Positions 16,524-25,864 of a stretch of DNA of 54,187 nucleotides are shown in pieces; position 1 is the first letter of the stretch; every line of letters starts with the position of its first letter. The notes beneath the pieces were generated by a model that worked only from the letters and a program-made list of their open reading frames with translations, searched no databases and had not been told where the DNA came from. Position numbers and translations under genes: made by a program. Source of the DNA: Candidatus Aminicenantes bacterium (GTDB lineage Bacteria > Acidobacteriota > Aminicenantia > Aminicenantales > Aminicenantaceae); assembly GCA_004377005.1 (NCBI GenBank), contig SOIV01000051.1:1-54187 (forward strand). Reading direction: 5' to 3'.

Positions 16524-16661
16524 CATAGGCAATACTCAGGGACGGGCAACATATTGTGAGTCAAAACAAACATTTTGTTGCGTTCGTACTCTATTTTGCC
16601 CGCCACACATATGAAATGCACATTATGCCCCGACGTCACCTTTCTTTTATCACCGAGCTCA

Positions 16662-17849
16662 ATGAGTGAGAAGATGAACAGACTGACTACCAACGTGATA
16701 GAAACATTCAGAAAAACGTGGTCATCAGCCCCTGATGTCATCAGTGTTGCACCCGGAAGAGTAAATCTTATTGGCGAACACACTGATTACACCGGAGGAT
16801 TTGTTCTCCCGGTTGCAATAGATAGAGAAATCGTTTTCGCTGCAAAGAAAGTACCGGGAAATACAATAACCGGCTTCTCAATTGATTTTAATGAAGAGGC
16901 TTCATGTCAAATTGGTGAATATGACCCAAAACATCCATGTGGATGGTTTCGCTATGTTATGGGTGTATTATCTGAATTAGAGCGGATAAACAAAACTATT
17001 GAGGGTTTTAAGTTTACTGTGGGAGGCAATGTTCCAATAGGCTCGGGGCTTTCTTCTTCAGCAGCTCTTGAAATGGCTGTGAATACCGCAATGGAATGCC
17101 TTCTGGGATTTCAATTAAATGATAAAGAAGCTGCACTTCTATGCCAGAGAGCAGAGAATAACTTTGTTGGCATGAATTGCGGCATTATGGACCAGTATAT
17201 CTCCAGGATGGGGAAAAAAGATCACGCAATTCTCATCGACTGCACTGACCTGTCTACTAAAGCTATTAAAATCAATACTCCCGGTTACTCATGGCTTGTT
17301 ATAGACTCAATGAAAAGGCGCGGGCTTGTAGACTCGGAATACAATAAAAGACGATTGGAATGTGAAGAAGGTGTAAAATGTGCACAATCTGTTCTCCCTG
17401 AAAGAGAGATTAGTGGTTTAAGAAACATTACTGTTGATGATTTACATACTCTTGGTACCTCATGCGATGAACATGTTTTCCGAAGAGTTAAACATGTTGT
17501 CACTGAGAATGACCGCGTTTTAAAAACGGTAAAAGCACTGGAAACGGGTGACATTGATGCTGTAGGAAAAAACCTTTATGCATCCCACGAAAGTCTTCGT
17601 AACGATTTCGAGGTATCCTGTAAAGAGCTTGACATGCTGGTCGAAATTCTTTCAGAAGTAGATGGCGTATCAGGTGCACGACTAACTGGTGCGGGATTCG
17701 GCGGCTGTGTCATAGCATCCTTAAGGAATGATTCTATCGATTTTGCCGAAAGAGCTATTGCAGAAAAATATCATCCACAAAGTCTCCCCGCAGGTGAGAG
17801 CGCTAAAGTATGGCTCATTAATATTTCTGATGCTGCTAGGTGTCTGTAA
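16662..17849 (+). CDS. galK: Galactokinase (start 16662 or 16674)
   Basis: Motifs APGRVNLIGEHTDY, PIGSGLSSSAA, CGIMDQ, GARLTGAGFGG. Confidence 0.93.
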   Translation: MSEKMNRLTTNVIETFRKTWSSAPDVISVAPGRVNLIGEHTDYTGGFVLPVAIDREIVFAAKKVPGNTITGFSIDFNEEASCQIGEYDPKHPCGWFRYVMGVLSELERINKTIEGFKFTVGGNVPIGSGLSSSAALEMAVNTAMECLLGFQLNDKEAALLCQRAENNFVGMNCGIMDQYISRMGKKDHAILIDCTDLSTKAIKINTPGYSWLVIDSMKRRGLVDSEYNKRRLECEEGVKCAQSVLPEREISGLRNITVDDLHTLGTSCDEHVFRRVKHVVTENDRVLKTVKALETGDIDAVGKNLYASHESLRNDFEVSCKELDMLVEILSEVDGVSGARLTGAGFGGCVIASLRNDSIDFAERAIAEKYHPQSLPAGESAKVWLINISDAARCL

Positions 17850-17965
17850 ACAAATGAAACATACATTCCTGCCAGCCCTTCGGGTCTGTCCTTTGATAAA
17901 CAGGCCCCAAAAGAAGGGACAAGCACGAAGACCTGTTCTATTATTTAAAAGAAGGATAATGAATT

Positions 17966-19501
17966 ATGGAGTTGAGCTGGCTTGACATTGGGCTTTTTTT
18001 AGCATTTTTTGCTGTTACTGTTGGAACCAGTCTGTACAAAAGCTGGAGAGAAGAAACCGGTGAAGATTTCTTTTTGGCGAGCCGCGGACTGTATTGGCCC
18101 ATAATCGGCATTTCCCTCATAGCCGCCAATATTTCCACCGAACACTTTGTTGGAATGTCCGGACAAGGCGCCGGTATTGCCGGAATGGCTGTTGCCAGTT
18201 ACGAATGGCTGGCGGCAATCACTTTGGTATTCGTTGCACTCTTTTTTCTGCCCAAGTTCTTAAAAAGCGGCATTTACACAATTCCGGAATACCTTGAATA
18301 TCGCTATAATGCGACGGCGCGGGCAATTATGGCCTTTTATATGGTAGTTATATACGTTTTTGTCACTATCTCAGCTGTTATTTATTCAGGAGCCCTGACT
18401 CTCCATACCATATTCGGTATGAAAATGACACATGCCGTATGGCTCATCGGTGGTATAGCTGCCTTTTATGCCACGTGGGGAGGATTAAAAGCTGTTGCCT
18501 GGGCAGACCTTTTTCAGGGTTCGGCTCTTATTATCGGGGGAGCAATAACTATGGTTCTCGGCTTCAATGCGGTGGGCGGCGTCGGCACCTTCTTTGAAGC
18601 CAATGCCGATAAACTCCATGTGATACTTCCCCGGGACCACGCTGTAATACCCTGGACTGCTCTTGTCATTGGTCTTTGGATACCTAACTTTTATTATTGG
18701 GGGTTGAACCAGTTCATTGCTCAAAGAACGCTTGCCGCTAAAAGTCTCAAACAAGGTCAGCTCGGTATTATTTTTGCAGCATTCCTCAAACTCCTTATTC
18801 CGTTCATCATTATCTTTCCGGGGATAATGGCGGCGCAGCTTTACACAGATCAGCTCGCCGCTACCAGCGACGTCGCCTACCCGTTGCTTATCAGGAATCT
18901 CATCCCCACCGGTCTGAAAGGATTTATATTCGCAGCCATATGCGGAGCAGTTATAAGTTCGCTCGCCTCGATGCTAAACTCCGCATCCACTATCTTTACT
19001 ATGGATTTATTCAAACGTCACTGGAAAAAGGATGCATCCGGCCATTCGCTGGTAACGATGGGACGTATTATGACATTATTATTTGTTGGCATTGGCTGTT
19101 TGTTGGCACCTCAGCTTGGTGCAGAAAGATTCAAAGGAATCTTCAATTATATCCAGGAGTTCCAGGGCTTTATCTCACCCGGAATACTCGCAGCCTTCGC
19201 CTTTGGTTTGATTTTCAAACGTACTCCTGCTTCTGCCGGGGTTACCGCCTTGCTGCTTAATGTTCCCATCTACGGTTTTCTTTTGAAATATTTCGGGAAT
19301 ATTGCATTTCTTAATAGAATAGCAATCACATTCGGAATATTGATTTTAGCAATGGCAATCATCACGAAAAGGAGTCCACTCCCCCAACCGAAAGTTTTGC
19401 CCACAAGAGAGCATTTTGATATGAAGCCGGCTCCTTCGGTTATATGGCTGGGCACTTTGGTGATAGCAATCACCATAACTCTTTATATTATCTTCTGGTA
19501 A
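17966..19501 (+). CDS. Sodium:solute (sugar) symporter, SGLT-like
   Basis: Motifs DFFLASRGL, SLIAANISTEHFVGMSG, YEW, YYWGLNQFIAQRTLAA. Confidence 0.9.
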   Translation: MELSWLDIGLFLAFFAVTVGTSLYKSWREETGEDFFLASRGLYWPIIGISLIAANISTEHFVGMSGQGAGIAGMAVASYEWLAAITLVFVALFFLPKFLKSGIYTIPEYLEYRYNATARAIMAFYMVVIYVFVTISAVIYSGALTLHTIFGMKMTHAVWLIGGIAAFYATWGGLKAVAWADLFQGSALIIGGAITMVLGFNAVGGVGTFFEANADKLHVILPRDHAVIPWTALVIGLWIPNFYYWGLNQFIAQRTLAAKSLKQGQLGIIFAAFLKLLIPFIIIFPGIMAAQLYTDQLAATSDVAYPLLIRNLIPTGLKGFIFAAICGAVISSLASMLNSASTIFTMDLFKRHWKKDASGHSLVTMGRIMTLLFVGIGCLLAPQLGAERFKGIFNYIQEFQGFISPGILAAFAFGLIFKRTPASAGVTALLLNVPIYGFLLKYFGNIAFLNRIAITFGILILAMAIITKRSPLPQPKVLPTREHFDMKPAPSVIWLGTLVIAITITLYIIFW

Positions 19502-19651
19502 GACGTTTTTGCCGAAAAAGATGATAATTATTTGTAAAGAAACTTCTTTCACAGCTTGTAGAGCCTTCGCCCGTTTTACTGCTATTCTCTAAACTTGACT
19601 TCACCGACACCTGAGAATAAAATCTACCCATAACCAAAATAGAGATAAAAG

Positions 19652-19945
19652 ATGATATGTAAACATTGTCTCAAAGATGTGACGCAATATGCTCCTCTTG
19701 GCTACTGTGCTCAGTGTGGCGTATGGTACAAAGCCGAAGGCGAAGAAATAAAGGGCGTATACATGCTCTGTTCTACAAAAATAGACAATCCAGAAAAGTG
19801 CAATCTGGTAGTTCAAAGCCTGTTCATAAAGGCTGACGAATTGCCAGAAAGTGGAGAAAAACCTATTGCTACAGCAAGAATGCCAAACATTCGTAAAGCC
19901 GATAAGATCTGTGTCTCTTGTGCGGATAAACACTTTGTTTTGTAG
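19652..19945 (+). CDS. Small Cys-rich (zinc-ribbon-like) hypothetical protein
   Basis: CKHC, CAQC and CVSC motifs. Confidence 0.55.
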   Translation: MICKHCLKDVTQYAPLGYCAQCGVWYKAEGEEIKGVYMLCSTKIDNPEKCNLVVQSLFIKADELPESGEKPIATARMPNIRKADKICVSCADKHFVL

Positions 19946-20188
19946 TTTTTTAATTAGACCTTAGAGCGATCAGATTCATGGCCGTTCTTTTTTTTTAAAA
20001 AGTAGCCTGTCCCCTTTCCCAACACCCCATCTCCCAGTCTATAGGGTGATTTTTGGCTTGTACGCATCCTCGACTGCGGTGAACTTTTTAGCCTTTTCAG
20101 GTGAGGGAATGAATGCAAAATTCATCTTTCATATCCTCTCTACTGATGATTGACAGTATGAGAGTACTCTGCAACCATATGAGCTTGC

Positions 20189-20208
20189 TGTGAATAACCT
20201 GTGGATAC
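20189..20208 (-). promoter_or_regulatory. Two tandem DnaA-box-like sequences
   Basis: TGTGAATAA-CC-TGTGGATAC, whose reverse complements are TTATTCACA and GTATCCACA. Confidence 0.35.
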
Positions 20209-20316
20209 TATTTGAAGAAACTGTTTTTGGGAAGAAGAGAAAAATAACTTGAAGTGACCGTCTATTATCTATGAATTATTTGAGAGCTCTTTTAGGAAAG
20301 GTAAAAGTGAAAAGAG

Positions 20317-20345
20317 TTGACAAATATTGTCAAATTGTTTATTTT
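20317..20345 (+). promoter_or_regulatory. pilB promoter with a palindrome overlapping -35
   Basis: TTGACA-AATAT-TGTCAA palindrome. TTGACA-17 bp-TATTTT. Confidence 0.55.
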
Positions 20346-20369
20346 AAGGAAACTCCATAAGGAGCAATA

Positions 20370-22124
20370 ATGGGATCAAATCTTGGCGAACTTCTTCTAC
20401 GGGAAAAAGTCATAAATCAAGACCAACTGAAGACTGCTGCTGATTATGAGAAGAAGAATAAAGTTACTATCGGAAGTGCTCTGGTAACCTTAGGTCATGT
20501 TTCAGAAGAAGAAATGGCCCAGGCATTAAGCCGCCAGCTGGGCTATCCTTATATTGACCTCAGTCAATTCGAAGTCTACCCCGATGTTATCAATCTTATA
20601 CCCGTCGACATTGCCAAAAAACACATAATTATGCCTATTCATAGAATTCGGTCTTTTTTAACGATGGCCATGGTCGACCCAACAGATTTGGATGTCATCG
20701 AAAATGTCAGGTTTCGTACGAGCTTGAGCATCCAGCCTGTTATCGCCTCAGAGTCCGGGATTAATGATGCCATAAACAAATACTACGGTGCTACTGATTC
20801 CATCCGTGTTAAAGAAATAATAGATGAAATCGCGCATGCTGATGACGGAGCAGTAGACGTCATTGAGGAAGAAGGGGAAGAGTATAGTATGGAAGAGCTG
20901 GTTCACTCCACAGAAGAGGCTCCTGTCATCACCCTTGTGAACACGATATTTATGGATGCCATAAGAAAAGGAGCCAGTGATGTCCATTTTGAGCCGTATG
21001 AGCGCTCCTTCCGAGTGAGATACCGCATTGACGGCGTTCTTCATGAAATGATGGATCTAGCCATGAAGTTCAAAAATCCGGTGCTATCACGGGTGAAGAT
21101 CCTCTCTGCCATGGATATAGCAGAAAAAAGGCTGCCTCAGGACGGGCGGATAAAAATGAGAGTAAAATGGGGGGAAAACAATCGCAAAGAAGTTGATATG
21201 AGAGTATCTTGCATACCAACGATTTTTGGGGAGAAAATTGTTTCCCGTATTCTTGACCGCGAAATGTTGCAGTTAGACCTTACGAAATTAGGCTTTGAGC
21301 GAGAGTCTCTTGACGTTTTTGAGAAAGCTATTGTCAGACCCTGGGGAATTATTCTGGTCACTGGGCCTACAGGAAGCGGGAAGACAAATACTTTGTATTC
21401 CGCTATTTCCAATTTAAACGCCAAGGAAAAGAACATCATGACGGCTGAAGATCCTGTAGAGTTTTATATGCCTGGAATAAACCAGGTTAATATAAAGGAC
21501 GAAATTGGTTTAAATTTTGCTACTTCTCTTAGATCTTTCTTAAGACAGGACCCTGATATCATGCTTGTCGGTGAGATGAGGGATTATGAGACTGTTGATA
21601 TTGCTATAAAAGCTGCGCTAACTGGCCATCTTGTCTTTTCCACTGTTCATACCAACGATGCAGCAGGCACAATTATCAGGCTGGTGAACATGGATGTCGA
21701 GCCCTTTTTGATCTCAGACTCTCTTGCTCTGATCGTAGCCCAAAGGCTCATAAGGCGCCTGTGCAAAAAATGCCGTGAAGAACAAAAACTTGCTCCTGAA
21801 GCCCTTGTTGACATTGGCTTTTCTCCAGAAGAAGCGGGGAAAGTGAAAGTCTTTAAAACCAAGGGCTGTGCTGCTTGCAATGACACAGGCTACAAAGGAA
21901 GGACCGGGCTTTTTGAAGTCATGGAAATAACTGATAGTATAAGAGAGATTATTTTAAAAAAGGGACAACCCAGGGAAATAAAAGCGGTAGCTATGAAGAA
22001 CGGAATGATTAGCTTGCGTCAAAGCGGGTTGACTAAGATAAAAGACGGAGTTACAACAGTCGAGGAAGTTTTAAGAGAAACCGTAAAGGACGGGGAGATA
22101 CAAAATGACAAAAACAATGCATGA
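20370..22124 (+). CDS. pilB: Type IVa pilus assembly ATPase
   Basis: N-terminal LGELLL, GASDVHFEP, EKRLPQDGR, Walker A GPTGSGKT, LRQDPD, tetra-Cys zinc site. Confidence 0.95.
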   Translation: MGSNLGELLLREKVINQDQLKTAADYEKKNKVTIGSALVTLGHVSEEEMAQALSRQLGYPYIDLSQFEVYPDVINLIPVDIAKKHIIMPIHRIRSFLTMAMVDPTDLDVIENVRFRTSLSIQPVIASESGINDAINKYYGATDSIRVKEIIDEIAHADDGAVDVIEEEGEEYSMEELVHSTEEAPVITLVNTIFMDAIRKGASDVHFEPYERSFRVRYRIDGVLHEMMDLAMKFKNPVLSRVKILSAMDIAEKRLPQDGRIKMRVKWGENNRKEVDMRVSCIPTIFGEKIVSRILDREMLQLDLTKLGFERESLDVFEKAIVRPWGIILVTGPTGSGKTNTLYSAISNLNAKEKNIMTAEDPVEFYMPGINQVNIKDEIGLNFATSLRSFLRQDPDIMLVGEMRDYETVDIAIKAALTGHLVFSTVHTNDAAGTIIRLVNMDVEPFLISDSLALIVAQRLIRRLCKKCREEQKLAPEALVDIGFSPEEAGKVKVFKTKGCAACNDTGYKGRTGLFEVMEITDSIREIILKKGQPREIKAVAMKNGMISLRQSGLTKIKDGVTTVEEVLRETVKDGEIQNDKNNA

Positions 22125-23223
22125 AATGCTTAAAATTGCCTGTGATAGGGATGCAAGTGATTTACACATAACAACCAGCATCCCACCACGGATCAGAGTC
22201 CATGGCAGATTGATCTCGCTCGACCATCCACCTTTAACTGCGGTTGAAACCAAGAATCTTATCTACAGTTTATTAACAGATAAGCAGAAGAAAACGTTTG
22301 AAGAGAAATTGGAGCTTGATTTCTCTTTTGGCATAAAAGATATGGGACGCTTTCGGGCGAATGTCTTCATGCAGAGAGGAGCAGTTGCAGGAGCCTTTCG
22401 GAGATTTCTTAGCCAGATGTGGAGCTTTCCTAAATTGGGCGTTCCGCCAAGAGTTGCCCAGCTCTGCTATCTGCCCCGGGGATTGGTCTTGGTGACAGGG
22501 CCAACAGGCTGTGGGAAGTCAACAACTCTAGCTTGCATGATTGAACATATCAATGCAGAAAGAGGCGTTCATATAGTAACCATAGAAGATCCTATTGAAT
22601 ATTTTTTCACTGCTGGTAAGTCCATGATCAACCAAAGGGAACTCGGTTCTGACACATTGTCTTACCCCAACGCGCTTCGTTCTGTTTTGAGAGAAGATCC
22701 AGATGTTGTTTTTGTCGGGGAAATGAGAGATTTACCGACCGTGGAAGCCACCTTGCACGTGGCCGAAACCGGGCATCTCACTCTCTCAACCCTTCATACT
22801 AATTCAGCGTCTGAGACGGTTTCAAGGATTGTCGATATTTTTCCCGCTCAGTACCAGGCTCAAGTAAGAATCACACTTTCCATGTGCTTGGAAGCGGTGT
22901 TGACTCAGGCCCTCTTGCCTCGAGCGGGCGGAACCGGAAGAGTTCTGGCTATGGAGATCCTCATCCCTAATGCAGCAATCAGGAATCTCATAAGAGAAAA
23001 TAAACTCCACCAGATATACTCCGCCATGCAGATGGGCCAAGAGAAATATGGGATGCTAACCTTTAACCAATCTTTAGCCAGCCTTTATACCAGAGGGCAA
23101 ATCACCCTCGAGACCGCCATGAGAGTCTCCTACAAACCGGATGAATTGACAGAGATAATTGAAAGAGGAGGGGTACGCAAAGTGGCAACTGAAGGCTATT
23201 CTCCAGCTAATTTGAGAAAATAA
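22105..23223 (+). CDS. pilT: Pilus retraction ATPase
   Basis: Motifs ASDLH, GPTGCGKST, LREDPD, AIRNLIRE. Confidence 0.95.
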   Translation: MTKTMHEMLKIACDRDASDLHITTSIPPRIRVHGRLISLDHPPLTAVETKNLIYSLLTDKQKKTFEEKLELDFSFGIKDMGRFRANVFMQRGAVAGAFRRFLSQMWSFPKLGVPPRVAQLCYLPRGLVLVTGPTGCGKSTTLACMIEHINAERGVHIVTIEDPIEYFFTAGKSMINQRELGSDTLSYPNALRSVLREDPDVVFVGEMRDLPTVEATLHVAETGHLTLSTLHTNSASETVSRIVDIFPAQYQAQVRITLSMCLEAVLTQALLPRAGGTGRVLAMEILIPNAAIRNLIRENKLHQIYSAMQMGQEKYGMLTFNQSLASLYTRGQITLETAMRVSYKPDELTEIIERGGVRKVATEGYSPANLRK

Positions 23224-23236
23224 AAGGAGGAATGAG

Positions 23237-24439
23237 ATGGCTGTTTTTGTCTGGAAAGGTAAAAATCGTTATGGAGATGTTGTCGATGGAGAGCGTGTTG
23301 CTAAGTCCATAGCAGACTTGACAAGAACCCTGAAGAGAGAGCAGATAACCGTCTTTGATGTCTCAAAGAAAAAAGTTGATATAAAGATCCCCTTTCTTAA
23401 AAGAGAAAAAGTCAGTCTCAAAGAATTAGCGATCTACAGCAGGCAAATTTCTGTTTTGGTAGACGCAGATCTTCCTTTGATTCAAAGCTTGACCATGCTG
23501 GCCGATCAGACAAAGAACATTTATTTTAAAACTGTAATTCAAACCATTAGGAAAGATGTTGAGGCTGGTTCCACTTTAAATGAGGCCAAAAGGAAATTTC
23601 CCAACGTCTTTGATAACCTCTACTGCAATCTTGTGGCCTCAGGAGAGCAGAGCGGTTCGCTCGATGTTATGCTGCGGCGCTTAGCCGAGTATTTGGAAAG
23701 TATTGTCAAGTTAAAGGCCCAGATCAAACAGGCAATGACCTACCCTGTGGCTGTCTTGATTTTTTCTCTTGTAGTTACGATTTTCATGATGTGGAAGGTT
23801 ATTCCGGTTTTTTCTAGTATTTTTGTCGAGTTGGGAGCAGATATGCCCCTCCTTACAGTGGTGGTTCTAGTTATAAGTGATTTTGTCCAGAGCTATATAT
23901 TGTTCATCTTTCTCGGGCTTATAGGCTCTGTTTTTCTTTTCAGGCATTTTAAGAAAACAAAAGCGGGAAGAAGGATCATTGATAAATCGATGCTTAAAAT
24001 GCCTCTTTTTGGACCATTGTTCCGGAAGGTTGCCTTCTCTCGAATCACACGAACTTTAGCCACACTCCTTTCTGGAGGTGTGCCCATGCTGGAGAGTCTT
24101 AAAATCACCTCCACTACGGCTGGAAATGTTATCTTAGAAGATCGTATTGTTTTGGCCCGAACCATGGTCTCCGAGGGAGGAAATCTTACAGATGCCCTTA
24201 GAGAAAAAGCTCTTTTTCCCATAATGATAACACAGATGGTAAGTGTGGGTGAAGCCACGGGAAATCTGGATTCAATGTTGGGGAAGGTAGCCGATTTTTA
24301 TGATGATGAGGTTGAAACTGCAGTTGGGGCCCTTCTTTCTATATTGGAGCCCATTCTTCTTATCTTCATCGGAGGGTTAATCGGATCGATCGTTATTTCC
24401 ATGTACCTGCCTGTCTTCAGTCTGATGCAACAGTTTTAA
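23237..24439 (+). CDS. pilC: Type IV pilus platform protein (GspF family)
   Basis: Two T2SSF domains: GEQSGSL..AMTYP and GEATGNL..LEP. Confidence 0.95.
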   Translation: MAVFVWKGKNRYGDVVDGERVAKSIADLTRTLKREQITVFDVSKKKVDIKIPFLKREKVSLKELAIYSRQISVLVDADLPLIQSLTMLADQTKNIYFKTVIQTIRKDVEAGSTLNEAKRKFPNVFDNLYCNLVASGEQSGSLDVMLRRLAEYLESIVKLKAQIKQAMTYPVAVLIFSLVVTIFMMWKVIPVFSSIFVELGADMPLLTVVVLVISDFVQSYILFIFLGLIGSVFLFRHFKKTKAGRRIIDKSMLKMPLFGPLFRKVAFSRITRTLATLLSGGVPMLESLKITSTTAGNVILEDRIVLARTMVSEGGNLTDALREKALFPIMITQMVSVGEATGNLDSMLGKVADFYDDEVETAVGALLSILEPILLIFIGGLIGSIVISMYLPVFSLMQQF

Positions 24440-24514
24440 GGAGTAGATAGACAGAAGACAAAGATAATTTTTCGCAAGCCAGGAGATGGAAAAGAATCAA
24501 GAAGAACAGCCAAA

Positions 24515-25864
24515 ATGCAAAAAAGACAGGAAACTGAGGAGATAGATACAAAAAAAAAAGACATCTTATGGCTAATTCTTCTTCGTTTAATCATAGTCAC
24601 GTCTCTTGTAGTTTCAGCCGTTATAATTCAATACAGCACATCAGTCTTTCTCCCGCTTAATTCCTTTTACTACTTAATCCTCTTATTCTACATTCTCTCT
24701 TTCATCTATTTTATTTTTTATACCTGGGGAAAATATCTCACCCTCCAGGCCTACTTACAAATATTTTTCGACCTCTTTTTGATTACAGCCCTTGTCTATA
24801 TTTCCGGAGGATTACAAGGGTCTTTTTACTTCCTTTATATTTTGGGAATAATTGCAGCAAGCATCGTTCTCTCAAAGCGTGCTGCCTATCTGACCGCAGC
24901 CCTCTCTGCCATCTTTTTTGGTTATCTTGTGGTTTTGATGTATCGGAGAATCATTCCTTCTTTTGCTCCCGGGGAAATTCTGGATATTTCTCTGGGTCTT
25001 GTTATAAACAATATTTTTATTGCCTGGAGCGCCTTTTTCCTCGTGGCCTTTTTAATGAATTACCTGACCGGGAGTTTACAGAAGACAAGGGACGAGCTTC
25101 GCCTGACTCAAAAAGAGCTTGAAGTAAAAAAACGGCTGGCAGTGGCTGGAGAGGTCTCAGCCCAACTGGCTCATGAAATCCGGAATCCCCTGGCAGCAAT
25201 CTCAGGCTCTGTTCAGGTTCTGAAAGACGAATTAGACCTGCACGAAGAGCAAAAAGATCTGATGAATATCATTGTTAAAGAATCAGGGAGAGTGTCTCGA
25301 TCCATTGAGCAATTCTTGAATTTAGCTTCCCCGGTCAAGCAAGCCTTTTCCTCTATCGACCTCTCAGCTATTTTAGAAGAAACCGTGGTCTTGCTTCAAA
25401 GCGGCGGCGAGCTAAACGGGAACTTTCGGGTTGAGGGGAATTTTAAATCAGTCCATGTTCGATATTTTGGAAGCGGCAGCCAGTTCAAGCAGCTGTTCTG
25501 GAATATCATTAAGAATTCGCTCAGAGCCATGCCCGATGGCGGGACGTTGACTGTTGATTTTAACCAGGAGAAAAAGGATAAAATCCAATTAAGGATTGCC
25601 GATACCGGAAAAGGCATGACCGGAGAGGAAAAAGAAAGGATTTTTGAACCTTTCTATTCTGGTTTTGAGGGTGGGCAGGGAATTGGAATGGCTGTTGTTC
25701 ACCGGATTGTGGGCGACTATAAAGGGGAAATCAAAATTGACTCTGAGCTTAATAAAGGAACAGAGATCGTCATAACTCTTCCCCTGAGGGGACCTGGAAA
25801 TCCAGGAATACTGAAAAGTGTAAAGAAAAAGAAAGATGGAAAAAATACTCATAATAGACGATGA
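24515..25864 (+). CDS. pilS: Sensor histidine kinase, PilS-like
   Basis: Multiple TM helices, LAHEIRNPL, DTGKGM, GIGMA, and gene context. Confidence 0.85.
   Translation: MQKRQETEEIDTKKKDILWLILLRLIIVTSLVVSAVIIQYSTSVFLPLNSFYYLILLFYILSFIYFIFYTWGKYLTLQAYLQIFFDLFLITALVYISGGLQGSFYFLYILGIIAASIVLSKRAAYLTAALSAIFFGYLVVLMYRRIIPSFAPGEILDISLGLVINNIFIAWSAFFLVAFLMNYLTGSLQKTRDELRLTQKELEVKKRLAVAGEVSAQLAHEIRNPLAAISGSVQVLKDELDLHEEQKDLMNIIVKESGRVSRSIEQFLNLASPVKQAFSSIDLSAILEETVVLLQSGGELNGNFRVEGNFKSVHVRYFGSGSQFKQLFWNIIKNSLRAMPDGGTLTVDFNQEKKDKIQLRIADTGKGMTGEEKERIFEPFYSGFEGGQGIGMAVVHRIVGDYKGEIKIDSELNKGTEIVITLPLRGPGNPGILKSVKKKKDGKNTHNRR

Noticed and set aside
16606-16633. TGCACA-TTATGCCCCGA as a dif-like site
   Set aside because: The left arm does not match and no repeat precedes it.
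19950-20369. oriC
   Set aside because: Only two DnaA-like boxes, no dnaA/dnaN context and no clear unwinding element.
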